From Octopus vulgaris (lineage: Eukaryota), in contig OX597824.1 in the NCBI GenBank assembly GCA_951406725.2, positions 66,278,001-66,342,000 on the forward strand: a stretch of 64,000 nucleotides of DNA, read 5' to 3'. A model generated the notes under the pieces. It searched no databases, had not been told where the DNA came from, and saw only the letters and a list, made by a program, of their open reading frames with translations. The translations under genes and the position numbers were made by a program. Below, in pieces: positions 37,218 through 48,999 of this stretch (within the stretch, counting starts at the first letter, position 1; every line of letters starts with the position of its first letter).

Positions 37218-38200
37218 CTAAAATGAAGGGGAAAAGAGGAAACCAAAAATAAACAATGAAAACCAAAAGGAAACATAAGGAAATAAACAAGCAGAGACTA
37301 GAGATGGAAGGAGTGGGAGATTGAAAAAATCAAAGAAAAGAGAGAAAGACAACAGAAAGACGAAAATAATAGAAAGATAGAAGAAAAGACAAAAAGGAAA
37401 GAAAGATGGAGGAAAGAGACAGCAAGAGAGAGGGAATATAGGGAAAAAAAGGAAAAATAACAGGGAAAGGAAGATAGAAAGAAAAGAAGAAAAGATAAAG
37501 GGAGAAAGACAGAAAGGAAGAATGACGGTAAGGAAGAATGACGACGGAGAGGAAGAACGACGACGGAGAGGAAGAACGACGACGGAGAGGAAGAACGACG
37601 ACGGAGAGGAAAGGAAGAACAACGACGGAGAGGAAAGGAAGAACGACGACGGAGAGGAAAGGAAGAACGACGACGGAGAGGAAAGGAAGAACGACGACGG
37701 AGAGGAAAGGAAGAACGACGACGGAGAGGAAAGGAAGAACGACGACGGAGAGGAAAGGAAGAACGACGACGGAGAGGAAAGGAAGAACGACGGAGAAGAA
37801 AGGAAGAATGACGGAGAAGAAAGGAAGAACGACTGAAAGAAAAGGAAGAATGATGGAAAGAAAAGAAAAGGAAGAAGGAAGGAAAAAAGAACAAAACAGA
37901 AAAAGAGAGGTAAAAGAAAATGGAAAGAAAAAGAATAGAGTAAAAGATGGAAAGAATGAAAAGTAAAATAGAAAGAAAATATTGTGAAAAAGAAAAATGA
38001 CAAAGAAAATGAAGAGAAAGAAATAGAAAGAAGAGAATGAGAGAAAGAAAAGACAAAGAAAGGATAAAGACAAATAAAATGAAAAGAAAGGAAACAAAAG
38101 GAAGAGAAACAGAAAGAAAAGGAAGAAAGATAAAAAGGAAGAAGGAAAGAAAGGAAGACAAAGAAATTTGCCAGAATGAAAAGACTAAAAGGTAGAAGAA
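37218..38200. repeat. Polypurine low-complexity tract containing a 24-bp minisatellite (about 37525-37835)
   Basis: Unit gacgacggagaggaaaggaagaac and a 19-bp variant gacgacggagaggaagaac in tandem; flanks almost all A/G. Confidence 0.95.
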
Positions 38201-39494
38201 TACAAAGAACTAAGGTTGTTACTAGGCAACTTTCAGATAATGTCTAAAAGAGAAAAACTCCAAGACATTTTCAATCAAGAAACAATAATAAAAAAGTCAA
38301 ACTTTCTTAAAGGAAAATTAAAAAACAAACAAAACAAAAATCTGTATCTAGGAGACAAGAAGCAAAAATCACTCAAGCTGGAGAGTATATGATTTCACAC
38401 ACACAAATGCATATATTATATACATATACATACATATAGACACACACACACAAAAACACAAATATTGATACATTATGCACATACACACCATGCAAGACAT
38501 ATATGCAGATACATACAAACATATAAAGGCACATGTACATGAGTTTGTAAATTAATTGGATACCTGTCAGTTTCAATGTTGGGTATTTCAAGGACTCAGT
38601 CCACTAAACTACCTACCCACTAAATGATACTGTTAACGGTTGAGTACTCCATAGACACAAGACATATCCAGGATGGAATTCTCAGGCAGAATCAGGACAA
38701 TACTGAATGTAACAAGACTGGTCCTTTGAATCACAGGTACAATTGTTCTGTTAGGCTTTCAATTAGCCCGTCTACTCAAGTTCATTCTCAAAGCCCAGAC
38801 TGATCAGATGCTGTGGTAAAAAAAAACCCAAAACCTTGCCCCATATATCAATACAATGGGTTCAAATCTAGGGTTATGTGATTGATTACAACGTGAACTT
38901 CAACACTTAGCCATGCTTGTTCCCATGTGTGTGTGTGTGTGTGCACATACATGTGTCTGTATATACATACGAGTATGTATATATACTTACACACAAACAG
39001 ACACACACAAATGTACAAATATTTATAGTGTACACTCATATGCATATACACAAATAAATACATTATACTCACACATGACACACAAACAGCAATATAAGCA
39101 GCAATAAGACATGTGAAGACAGTCCAAACACTAACAAGAACAACAACAACTATAATAACGCTAAAATGTCTATGTCTGGAGAAAATTCTTAACAATGGAG
39201 AACTTCCATTGAATAGGACCTATCTTCATATGGTAGAAGACATCACAATTAGCTAATCAAGCTAAAAGCAACATTATCACTATTAATTAATGAAGCATTT
39301 TCAAGTATATGAAACTACAGACAAGAGACGACATTGAATCTAGAAATCTTAACAAATGGATGAGAAGAGGTTGCTTAGTGGTTACTCTAAGAAAAAGTGA
39401 GCATCAACAGTTTAGGAAGAAAAACAGACTTGGTTACACATTTTCTGAATAGAGATGCTTGTGTGTGTGAGTGTGTGTGTGCATGTGCAATCAT

Positions 39495-39875
39495 TGTTGT
39501 TTAACATACACTTTTCCAAGCCTGCATGAGTTATACTGAGGCAGATTTTCTATGGCTGCATGCCTTCCTTGTCACCAACCTGTAACTGGTTCTAAGTAAG
39601 GTGATAATTTCCCTATGGCCAGATGTGTTCTCACAGAATATTGAGAATAAATGACACTGCTTGCATGACAGTGACACTCATTTACAACTACCACACAATG
39701 TTAAGACAAGGAGACACTAACACACACACGATTATTTTTCAATTTTCTTTCACTAAATCTACTCACAAGGCTTTGGTTAGCCTGGGGCTATGGTTGAATA
39801 CATTTGCCCAAGGTGCCATGCAGTGAGACTGAACCATGTGGTTGGGAAGCAAACTTCTTACCACATAGCCACACT
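39495..39875 (-). mobile_element. Family-A-headed SINE with RTE-derived tail
   Basis: Same organisation as 33785-34190. Confidence 0.72.
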
Positions 39876-40260
39876 TATGTACATTCACACACAAACACGC
39901 ATATACTGACATATATAAAAATATATACATACATGCAAATATTCATATATATATATATATATATATATATAAGCAGCATATATGCTTTTGGTTTTATATG
40001 TACTTAATATACTTTTGTGCAGAGTAAAGCACCTATTGTGAAGTTATGATGTTTATTCTTTTTTTTCCCTCATCACATTGGCAGAAATTTGATTAAAAAT
40101 ATTAAATGTTGCCTCAGATGTGGAAAATCCTCTGAATGTATTTCACACAAACACACACACGTGCATCATTGTAGGGTCATTCTACACATTAAAAACACAC
40201 ATTTTTTATTATTATTAGCAATGGAAGCAGTATTAATTCAAACTATAACTCTATATATAT

Positions 40261-40454
40261 CTTGAAATGGATATACTATAGAAAGCCACAAAGCAGTGGT
40301 ATTCATCCCAAAAAATAATTTCATATAGTGCTAAAAAGCACAAAAGTATATCAGTAGCTACTAATATGCTTTTGTGCTTTTTAGTACTATACAAGATGCT
40401 TCCTGAAAATAAATACCACAGTTTTGTGGCTTTCTAAAGTATATCCATGTTAAG
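40261..40454. repeat. 194-bp loopless imperfect palindrome (foldback/MITE-like)
   Basis: Centre agtag|ctact at 40357/40358; 97-bp arms align without gaps, about 20 mismatches by hand count. Confidence 0.92.
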
Positions 40455-42679
40455 TAAGATATACAGAATACTACTTTACATACCGTTATATTTACTTCTA
40501 CATTATACTATAATAAAAGTTTGCACCTCTTAAATCTGGTACTCCATGGTTTGGCACATTTTGAATATGCTGTCATTAGTTTACTAATCTATGACTAGGG
40601 AAGTGCTGTTAACAAGAAACAACCAATAGGGAAAACCATTAGAGCATTGAATTATTTAGAGATTTGCATTATTTATTCCAAATTCTTGCATTTTGAGTTC
40701 AAATCTAGCCAAAGTTAATTTTGCATTTTATCCTTCTGGGGTTAGTAAATAAAGTATGAAAAATAATAAATGGTGGTGGACTGGTGGAATCATCAGAGTA
40801 TCAAGAACAGTGCCTTGAAGTATTAAGAATCTATATATTCTGAATTCAAATCCTATCGTTGCCTAAGTGGCTGGTGTAAACTTAATCTATCACTTGGTTT
40901 AACATCACCATCTGTTCCTTGGATGCTTTTAGTGGAATTCAATTTCAAGCAATCAGAGAAACTCTCTGGTTTGAGAAAACCATCAACTTGCTGGATACTT
41001 TAGAAAGAGTCATGGACACCGCCCTTTTCTCTGCTAAGAAATAAAAAAAGGGTTTAGGTGATACAGTCCTGCACATCTTTGATATCTAACTGGATTTATC
41101 TGGAGCTCTTTAGAATGTCATTCAATGGACTAAGATGGACAAATGATGGTGCTAATGTTAATAAGTGTAAGTATAAAGCCATATATTTCTTTGAAAAGGT
41201 GAGAGTTGCTGAAGGAATTAGATTGCTATAGGATCAAATCATCAATTGAATATGGATTAAAGGAAAATAAAGAGTGGGTTTTTAAGTTCCACATCCCCTG
41301 AAAATGAAAATTACACACTCATACACATGCCAACACACACAGCTACACAAGTGTCAATAAGACATATACATACATACATACATACTTACATACATACATA
41401 CACACTTGCATGCATGTATACATACATAAATAGATAGATACATGTGAACAGTGTTTACAATTTTAGAATTGGCATAAGAAGTTAGAAAAAAGGTTGGCAG
41501 CTGTAAGGACACCAGTCTGTAAAGCCACCTCAAAAAGTCCTGCCCAATCTATACCACCATGAAAAAGTAGGTATAAAGCTATAACAATACACACAGACAA
41601 CATAAAATCAATAAAGTATTTTAACAGATATCTGTCTGTAATCTTCATAAGGCCACCATTTCATGTTCGCTTAGTATCAAAAATATCAAACTTGGAAAAG
41701 CTTCATGGAGCTTTAGTATTGATTTAATAGTCCAATTAGTTTACCTCATACACATGCGTGCACACAAAACTTCAGTTCACTTTCTTCATATAAGTTTTTT
41801 ATGTAATATAACCTTGCTTTCAAATCCGTTTCATCCTTCATGTAATACTATGCACAACAACAAGTAAATAAAGTATAAAACATTACATTTTGGAACTTTA
41901 GTATTTGAAGAATTGTACAGAGCTTTCAAAAGATTTTTCCAGGCTAAGAACCACGCAAAACTAGTCTAAAACATCCTTAAAAATGAACACAATACATACT
42001 TACACACACACACACATTATAGACATATATAAGAATCATGAAAATATTAAATATATCCTTTTAATAGTGAATCTTGATATGGATACTGCTGTAAATAATA
42101 GCAAGTAATATATTAGGTTAAAAATATCTCTTGTATGGGCATAAGGTTAACAGTTATCTGCTTGACACAAACCTGCATATATTTTTTGTGGAATCTGCAG
42201 GAAAGAGCAGTACTCATGACCTTTGCAGGCCCTTTGAGATGAGCGAGATTGATACTAATGTATTGCATACACTATTGCAAGTTAATACCTGGAGGTAAGA
42301 CATAAGTGAAGAGAAGGTTCAATACATAAAACATAGAGGTTTGATATCCTGGACAGGAAGGACCAAGCACAGTGGTTAACATGGGACCTAGAAGGTTAGA
42401 CACATCATAGGTGACGAAAAGAAGAGAGATGGGTGAGTTGAGAATTCCTGAATGGAGGAGGAATATGACCTGACAGCCCCAATGAACAAAGGCCAATATA
42501 CAGGCAGAGAGAGGAGAAAGCATTATTGTAAACCACAGATTGGACCATGTCGGTGAAAGATTTTATGCTAATTAGTCAAGAGGCCTTTGTCTGGATGCAT
42601 CTAGGCTGTTTGTGTGTGAAGCGACACTGTTGCAGATGTGGGAGCAATACAATATATATATATGTGTGTGTGTGTGTGT

Positions 42680-43230
42680 GGAGGTGCGTGGCTTAGTGGT
42701 TAGGGTGTTGAACTCATGATCATAAGGTTGTGGTTTCGATTCCTGGACCAGGCTATGTGTTGTGCTCTTGAGCAAAACACTTCATTTCACGTTGCTCTAG
42801 TCCACTCAGCTGGCAAAACTGAGTAATCCTGCGACAGACCGGCGTCCTGTCCAGGTGGGGAATTTCTGCACCACTGAAACCGGGAAATGGAGAGAGAGAG
42901 AGGAAGAAAGAGAGAGTGAAGGTGCATGGTTTAATGGTTAGGGTTTCCGGTTGTCAGTTTGATATCTGGTAGCACGTTGTGGCCTTGAACAAGACACTTT
43001 ATTTCATGTTGCTTTAGTCCACTTAGGTAGCAAAAATGACTAATGCCTGTATTTCAAGGGCCAGCCTTGTCACATTCTGTGTAACACTGAATCTCCCTGA
43101 GAACAGCTTGCTTGTGAAAGTACATGTGTCTGTGGCATGCTCAGCCACGTGCACGTTAATTTCACAAGCAAGCTGTTCCATAGATTGAATCAAATGCAAC
43201 CCTCTTCATCATAACTAACAGAGCGCCAAT
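42680..43230 (+). mobile_element. Two adjacent tRNA-headed SINEs (C/D-type head, different tails)
   Basis: gaggtgcgtggcttagtggttaggg head at 42681 and gaaggtgcatggtttaatggttaggg at 42918, both with the ttgagcaagacactttatttcacgttgctc core. Confidence 0.8.
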
Positions 43231-44714
43231 AATGTACACTTATACACACCCCAACCTAGCATTATCATTTTACATCCGTGCAACAATGCCAGCACCGACT
43301 GATCAAGTCTGGTCCACTACAACATCTTGATACTCTTCCAGTTCATTGCCACTTTCTTCATGACATTCAGGCTCCCAAGGACAATTTTAGCAATTCTTCC
43401 TACAGGTTTCTCTTCCACAGGCTCCTTCTACTTCAATTATTTATATACAGAATACCACAAAGTTCACAAGCTACATCTGGCAAAGAAAAGAAAATGGGAG
43501 ACTGTTTGACGTCAGATGGAAGATTGCCAAACAATCCAGACAATAAATGAATCCTATCAAGAGATGCAATCTCTGCATAGCAAAAAAAGTGCATAATTTC
43601 TGGGAACTTACAAAGATCAGATTTATATTTTAATACCAAAATGGAGATTATTAACCCCTATACACATGAGAGAAAATTTATACTGTGACACAGATCCCAC
43701 AAGCCCCTTTTATCCACAGATAAAATTTAATCTTTCACTAGTAGACCTTTTTCCTGGCTAACTTTTGGTCAACACTAGTTTTGTATTCTTAAATATTTTC
43801 CCTTTCTTCTTTCCATCCCACCAAGAAATTTCCCTGAACCCTTTACAATTTAATTTTTGCATTCATATTTTCTCCGCTCTCATTCTTCCTCTCTCTACTT
43901 ATCACATCATTAAAGTGTGTGTGCGTGTTAAATACAATAAGCATACATATATATACATACATACATACACACACATATCACTATATTTCTCTCTCTCTTC
44001 CTCTTTCTATATTCCTTGTATCTCCCTTTTTTCTCTCTCATCCTTTCTCTAATTCTCCCCCCCCCATCACTGTTCTCTATCTGTCCCTCTTTCTTCCTCA
44101 CTCTTCCTCTTTGACTCTCTTGTTGTTCACATGTGACCAGTGTCTGTCTCAAATTTCTTTCGTTTTTCTCGTTCAGCTACAGGGATAGCACACATTTTTG
44201 TCTGTCTCCTGTCAAAGCTTGTTTCTCCAGCATTCACCACTTCACCTTGTTATGGCTTCACAACCCTTACCATTTGTTTTCACTGTCCTATTTTTGTTAC
44301 CAACTTTGACCCTCCGCAAATCCCAAATTTTATTTTAATTTGCTTTGCAGGAGCAACTGTTTTCATGAAGACACATCTTGTCCCAATGCTCGAAATGCGG
44401 AGTAGATAAAACAGTGGGCAGCTGATGGACGGATTGTTCTTTATGTTGCCTGTCTTGTTTTTATATTTGTTTCTTTCGTTGTTCACAAAAAAAGTTCGTT
44501 TTTGTTCTGGATTTTCATGTTATTTATGTTTTTGACATCCAATACCCATATATGCATGTGCATATACATATATATGTAAGTATGTACATGTATGTATGTA
44601 TATATGCATATACATATATTATTTATATTACTATATGATCGAACGTCATGCATCTCCCCTCTCGGCCCAAAATAACGTGGTAGTAGAACAATGTTATAGA
44701 CAGGGGTATTAGAG

Positions 44715-46223
44715 AAAAGAAACAAACCCCTTCAGGTATATGGCCCTGCTTGATCTGTAGAAAAGGCGTAGGTAGGTAGAAACTCTATAAGATGTACCCA
44801 TTGTAAGCTATGGACACATAAGAGGTGCAGCAATATAAAAGTAAGGCTAACAAGGAAGATAGTTTTTGCATGTGGCAGATGCTCAGAAGCAATAAACACT
44901 GAAAATGTGCAGAGAACAACTTCTGCCACATTCCAGGCAGAAAAACTAGTGGTTGATAGCTTCCGTTACCTAGGTGACCAAGTCAGTAGCAGGGGAGGGT
45001 GCACTGAAAGTGTAGCTGCTAGAATAAGAATAGCCTGGGTAAAGTTCAAAGAGCTCTTACCTCTGCTGGTGACAAAGGGCCTCTCACTCAGAGTAAAAGG
45101 CAGACTGTATGATGCATATGTACGAATAGCCATGCTACATGGCAGTGAAACATGGGCCATGACTGTTAAGGACATGCGTAAGCTTGCAAGGAATGAAGCC
45201 AGTATACTCTGATGGATGTGTAATGTCAGTGTGCATACTCGACAGAATGTAAATACCTTGAGAGAAAGGTTGCTACCTAAGAAGCATCAGTTGTGGTGTG
45301 CCAGAGAGATGATTGCACTGGTATGGTCATGTGGTGAGAATCGATGAGGATAGCTGTGTGAAAAAGTGCCATAACCTAGTAGTTGAGGGAACCTGTGTAA
45401 GAGGTAGAACCAGGAAGACCTGGGATGAGGTGATGAAGCATGACTTTCAAACATTAGGCCTCACTGAGGCAATGACTAGTGACCAAGACCTTTGGAAATA
45501 TGTTGTGCGTGAGAAGACCCAGCAAGACAAGTAAGACCATAACCTGTGGTCTTTACCAGGGATGTAGCCAGCCCACTTATATCAACATCATTGTTTAACG
45601 ACTGCTTTCCAAGCACAAAACTCTGCTTGCGAAGACCTGTTGAGACAAGTGAAATCAAAATCGAACCAAATTCGATGACTGGTACCCATGCCAACCTTCC
45701 TTCATTGGACACTAAGCTCTGCTTGCGAAGACCTGTTGGGGCAAGTGAAATCGAAATTGAACCAAATTCAATGACTGGCACCCATGCCAGTGGAGCGCTA
45801 ACAGCTCCATCCAAGCAGGATCACTGCCAGAGCAACTGTCTGGCTTCCGTGCCAGTGGCACATAAAAAGCACCATTTGAGCATTACTAGCGTCACCTTAC
45901 TGGCACTTGTGATCGTTACCAGCGTCGCCTTACCTGCACTTGTGATCGTTACCAGCATCACCTTACCTGCACTTGTGCTGGTGGCACATGAACAAAACAT
46001 TCGAGCGAGGTTGTTGCCAGTGCCACTGGATTGACTCCTGTGCATGTGACACGTAAAAGCATCCACTACACAATTGGAGTGGTTGGCGTTAGGAAGGGCA
46101 TCCAGCTGTTGAAACTCTGCCAGATCAGATGGTGCCTGGTGCAGCCATCTGGTTCGCCAGTCCTCAGTCAAATCGTCCAACCCATGCTAGCATGGAAAGC
46201 AGTCGTTAAACAATGATGATGAT
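44715..46223 (+). mobile_element. 5'-truncated RTE-clade LINE: PHD-like finger, post-RT region, long repeat-containing 3' UTR, (GAT)n tail
   Basis: VVDSFRYLG...ARIRIAWVKFKEL...KGRLYDAYVRIAMLHGSETW...WYGHVVR...GRTRKTWDEV; stop at 45534; tail ends gttaaacaatgatgatgat. Confidence 0.92.
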
Positions 46224-46622
46224 ATAGATCTATATCTATATACATATATATATATATCTATATCTATATACACACATATATATATATATACATATATATA
46301 GATACAGATATGCATATATATATACATACAGATATGCATATACATATATATACATACATGTATGCTTATATCTATCTATTTATATATGTGTGTGTGTGTG
46401 TGTGTGTAAATATATATGTGTGTGTATATATATGCACACACGCAGTCACACACAGACATGCTCAAATACATAACATCAATTCTAATATACATATGCATAT
46501 ATACATACATATATATATACATACATACATACATACATATACATACATACATACACATACATACATACATACATACATACATACACACACACATACATAC
46601 ATACACACACATACATACACAT

Positions 46623-46656
<34 letters not shown>

Positions 46657-46660
46657 AGAG
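46224..46660. repeat. Compound (TA)/(TG)/(TACA) microsatellite
   Basis: Direct inspection. Confidence 0.95.
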
Positions 46661-46779
46661 TGACAGAGAAATGGAGAGAGAGAGATGTATTTAATATACT
46701 AATATATACTGTTATACTGACAAACATAAGCATATATAAATTGGCACGTGTGTATGTGTATAACAGTTTGAGTGTTGGT

Positions 46780-47580
46780 CTAACAATCACCAGATCACCA
46801 AAGTTGACTGAGAATTGAGGTGGTGGGGATTATCTGTGCCACAGCTGGTATAAGCTGATAAAAAGCCACTGTTTCAAGAGATGTAAGATGGGTGGAGCCT
46901 GAAGACAGGAAGTTTTGCTGGGAGATGCATATTCTAGTTATCTAGAGCAACAATAATTTTCATTGAACTTCTCTAAATACAGAGCCCATTAGTGACATGA
47001 GAGAAGTAACATCACCAGTGGATCTGGCTCTGGAAAAGAAAGCCATAATGATGGTCACTGATGGGAGAGGAGAGATTCAAATTCAATGTGTTGGACAACA
47101 ATGTTAATGGTTGTTCCATTATCTTGCAGATATTACTAGTGAAAGCAATAGCATGTTAGTTGGCTGAGTGAGAGGGTTTGTCTTTCTTTGAGGAGGAAAC
47201 GCTGAATTATGCTTCTAACCATTAGTGTCCATTCTCTATAGAAAGTGAGATTTAAAATATGATGAATATAGGACTAAGTTCTGGATTACAATGTCAAAGG
47301 ACATTGTCAAGGCCAGTGACAACACTAGATGTAGTTTTGCAATTAATGTCTGTAGAAGCAAGGTAGGGAGCTTGGTGAAGTGGAAAGGGATAGGTTTAGA
47401 GTACACTGGTCAAACTTGTGCAATGTGGAGTCAGATGCAAAGAGGGCAGCGAAGGTGAAGCTTTTTATCTAGAAGGGTCGGTGGCTTATGGTGTCATTGT
47501 TGCTTACAGAAGGACTGAAAGAGAACTAGACAAAGTTGGTGGTGGTCCTTTTGATAAAGTACCAGAAAGATTAGCTGATG
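46780..47580 (-). pseudogene. Highly decayed CR1/L2/Jockey-group LINE reverse transcriptase fragment
   Basis: Minus-strand remnants PELSPI, SAN*HAIAFTSNICKIME (consensus xNYRPIALTSxxxKxME) and ISDHHYGF..RARSTGD (consensus xQYGFRxxRSTxD) in correct order. Confidence 0.68.
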
Positions 47581-47974
47581 CACACACACACACACCTGAA
47601 TGTGTATGTAGATACATACATACCCGACCACCAATGCATTTGCAATATTTTACTGTTGGATAGGTTATACATCTATCCATCCAAAAGAGTTAGCCAGACC
47701 TCACAATCCTATTTAGCATGATTTTCTATTTATGAGTGAACTTTTACTTATTTACAATACATGACTAAGAATAATACTAGTACATTACTAAATTTAATCA
47801 TTACTGAACCATTAGAACACAAATGTTTTGTTGTTTTGGTTTTTTTCAAATCATTATATGAAATATGTCAGAGAGGCTGGCTAGTGGCCATTAAAATACC
47901 TCTTAAGTTGGTTTTAACAGTCTTACTACAGATTAGATGGCCTAATTACAATATGTCTAAATTGTATAGGAAGG

Positions 47975-48203
47975 TTAACCCTTTTGTTACCAACCCGGCT
48001 GAAACCGGCCCTAGCTCTGAGTACAAAAGTCTTGTTTTCATAAGTTTGGAATTAAAATCTTCCACCAAACCTGAGTCACAAGTTATGTTCCTAACTCTAG
48101 CTGAATGATAACTAAGTTTATTTTACTAAATTCTTTGTTATATTTAAAGTAACTGAAAGAAACACAGAGCATCTCAAAATAAATACAGTAATGAAAGGGT
48201 TAA
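47975..48203. mobile_element. piggyBac-type MITE flanked by TTAA
   Basis: TTAA-cccttttgttac ... gtaatgaaaggg-TTAA. Confidence 0.85.
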
Positions 48204-48230
48204 AGAGAGATTCATAAGTGCAAGACTTAC

Positions 48231-48320
48231 CTGTAATGAGAAAGACAAATCAAGTTCACATTCCAGTAAACCACCCGGAGGAACAAGGATTTCATTTGAT
48301 CGAAGCACTCGTTTTGATCC
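48231..48320 (-). CDS. PACS: PACS1/2 homolog, internal coding exon (90 bp, phase 0-0)
   Basis: ttttcAG acceptor and CAG|GTAAGT donor. Encodes [30 protein letters not shown] (PACS motif GSKRxLRSxEI...FSLQ), in frame with both neighbours. Confidence 0.96.
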
Positions 48321-48552
48321 CTGAAAACAAAAAGCAAAATACATTGAGAATCTTGAGTTGCTTTCTATTTTTTACTATTTAATTTTATATTATGGTTCAA
48401 ACAGTTTACACAACACACACACACATTACTTTGACATTGTTTTTTACTATACATTTAAGCATACTGTACTTCATTACTTTTTTAATACTGTATACTATGT
48501 ATGCTTGCATTCATTACTTTTGTTCTTACTGTATACCATTCTTTTATTCTAT

Positions 48553-48738
48553 TATTTGTTTCAGTCATTTGACCGTGGCTATGCTAGAGCACCACCTTTA
48601 ATCAAAGAAACTGACCCAAGGACTTATTCTTTGTAAGCCTAGTATTTATTCTATCGGTCTCTTTTGCTGAACTGCTAAGTTACGGGGACGTAAACACACC
48701 AATGTCAGTTGTCAAGCGATGGTGGAGAGACAAACATA

Positions 48739-48787
<49 letters not shown>

Positions 48788-48890
48788 CAGACTTCCTCAG
48801 TTTCCATCTACCAAATCCAATCACAAGGTTTTGGTCGGCCTGAGGATATAGTAGAAGCCACACAATGTATACCAGAACCATGTGGTTGGT
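48553..48890 (-). mobile_element. Family-A SINE (head partly deleted)
   Basis: ttgtttcagtcatttgacc...ctaagttacggggacgtaaacacacc...(TA)n...accaaatcca. Confidence 0.85.
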
Positions 48891-48999
48891 ATATGTTTTC
48901 TTTAAAAATCATTTCACTCTACATAAATGCCCACACTATATCTTCCTTTGCATTGTCTCCTTTATTAGTTGCCGTGATGGCAAAAGAAATCATTAGTGG

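Noticed and set aside
37218-38161. Overlapping 104-287 aa ORFs on both strands
   Set aside because: Produced by the polypurine tract and minisatellite, which lack stop codons.
40890-41260. Possible ancient LINE fragments (also 35900-36760, 42140-42640, 43270-43640)
   Set aside because: Complex sequence, but no unambiguous protein motif could be read by eye; left unannotated.
45630-45760. ctgttga...gtgaaatc in the RTE 3' UTR duplication as a hammerhead
   Set aside because: Core deviates from CUGANGA and no stem I/III pairing with an NUH could be built.
46310-46790. His/Tyr/Ile- or Cys/Val-rich ORFs
   Set aside because: Microsatellite translations.
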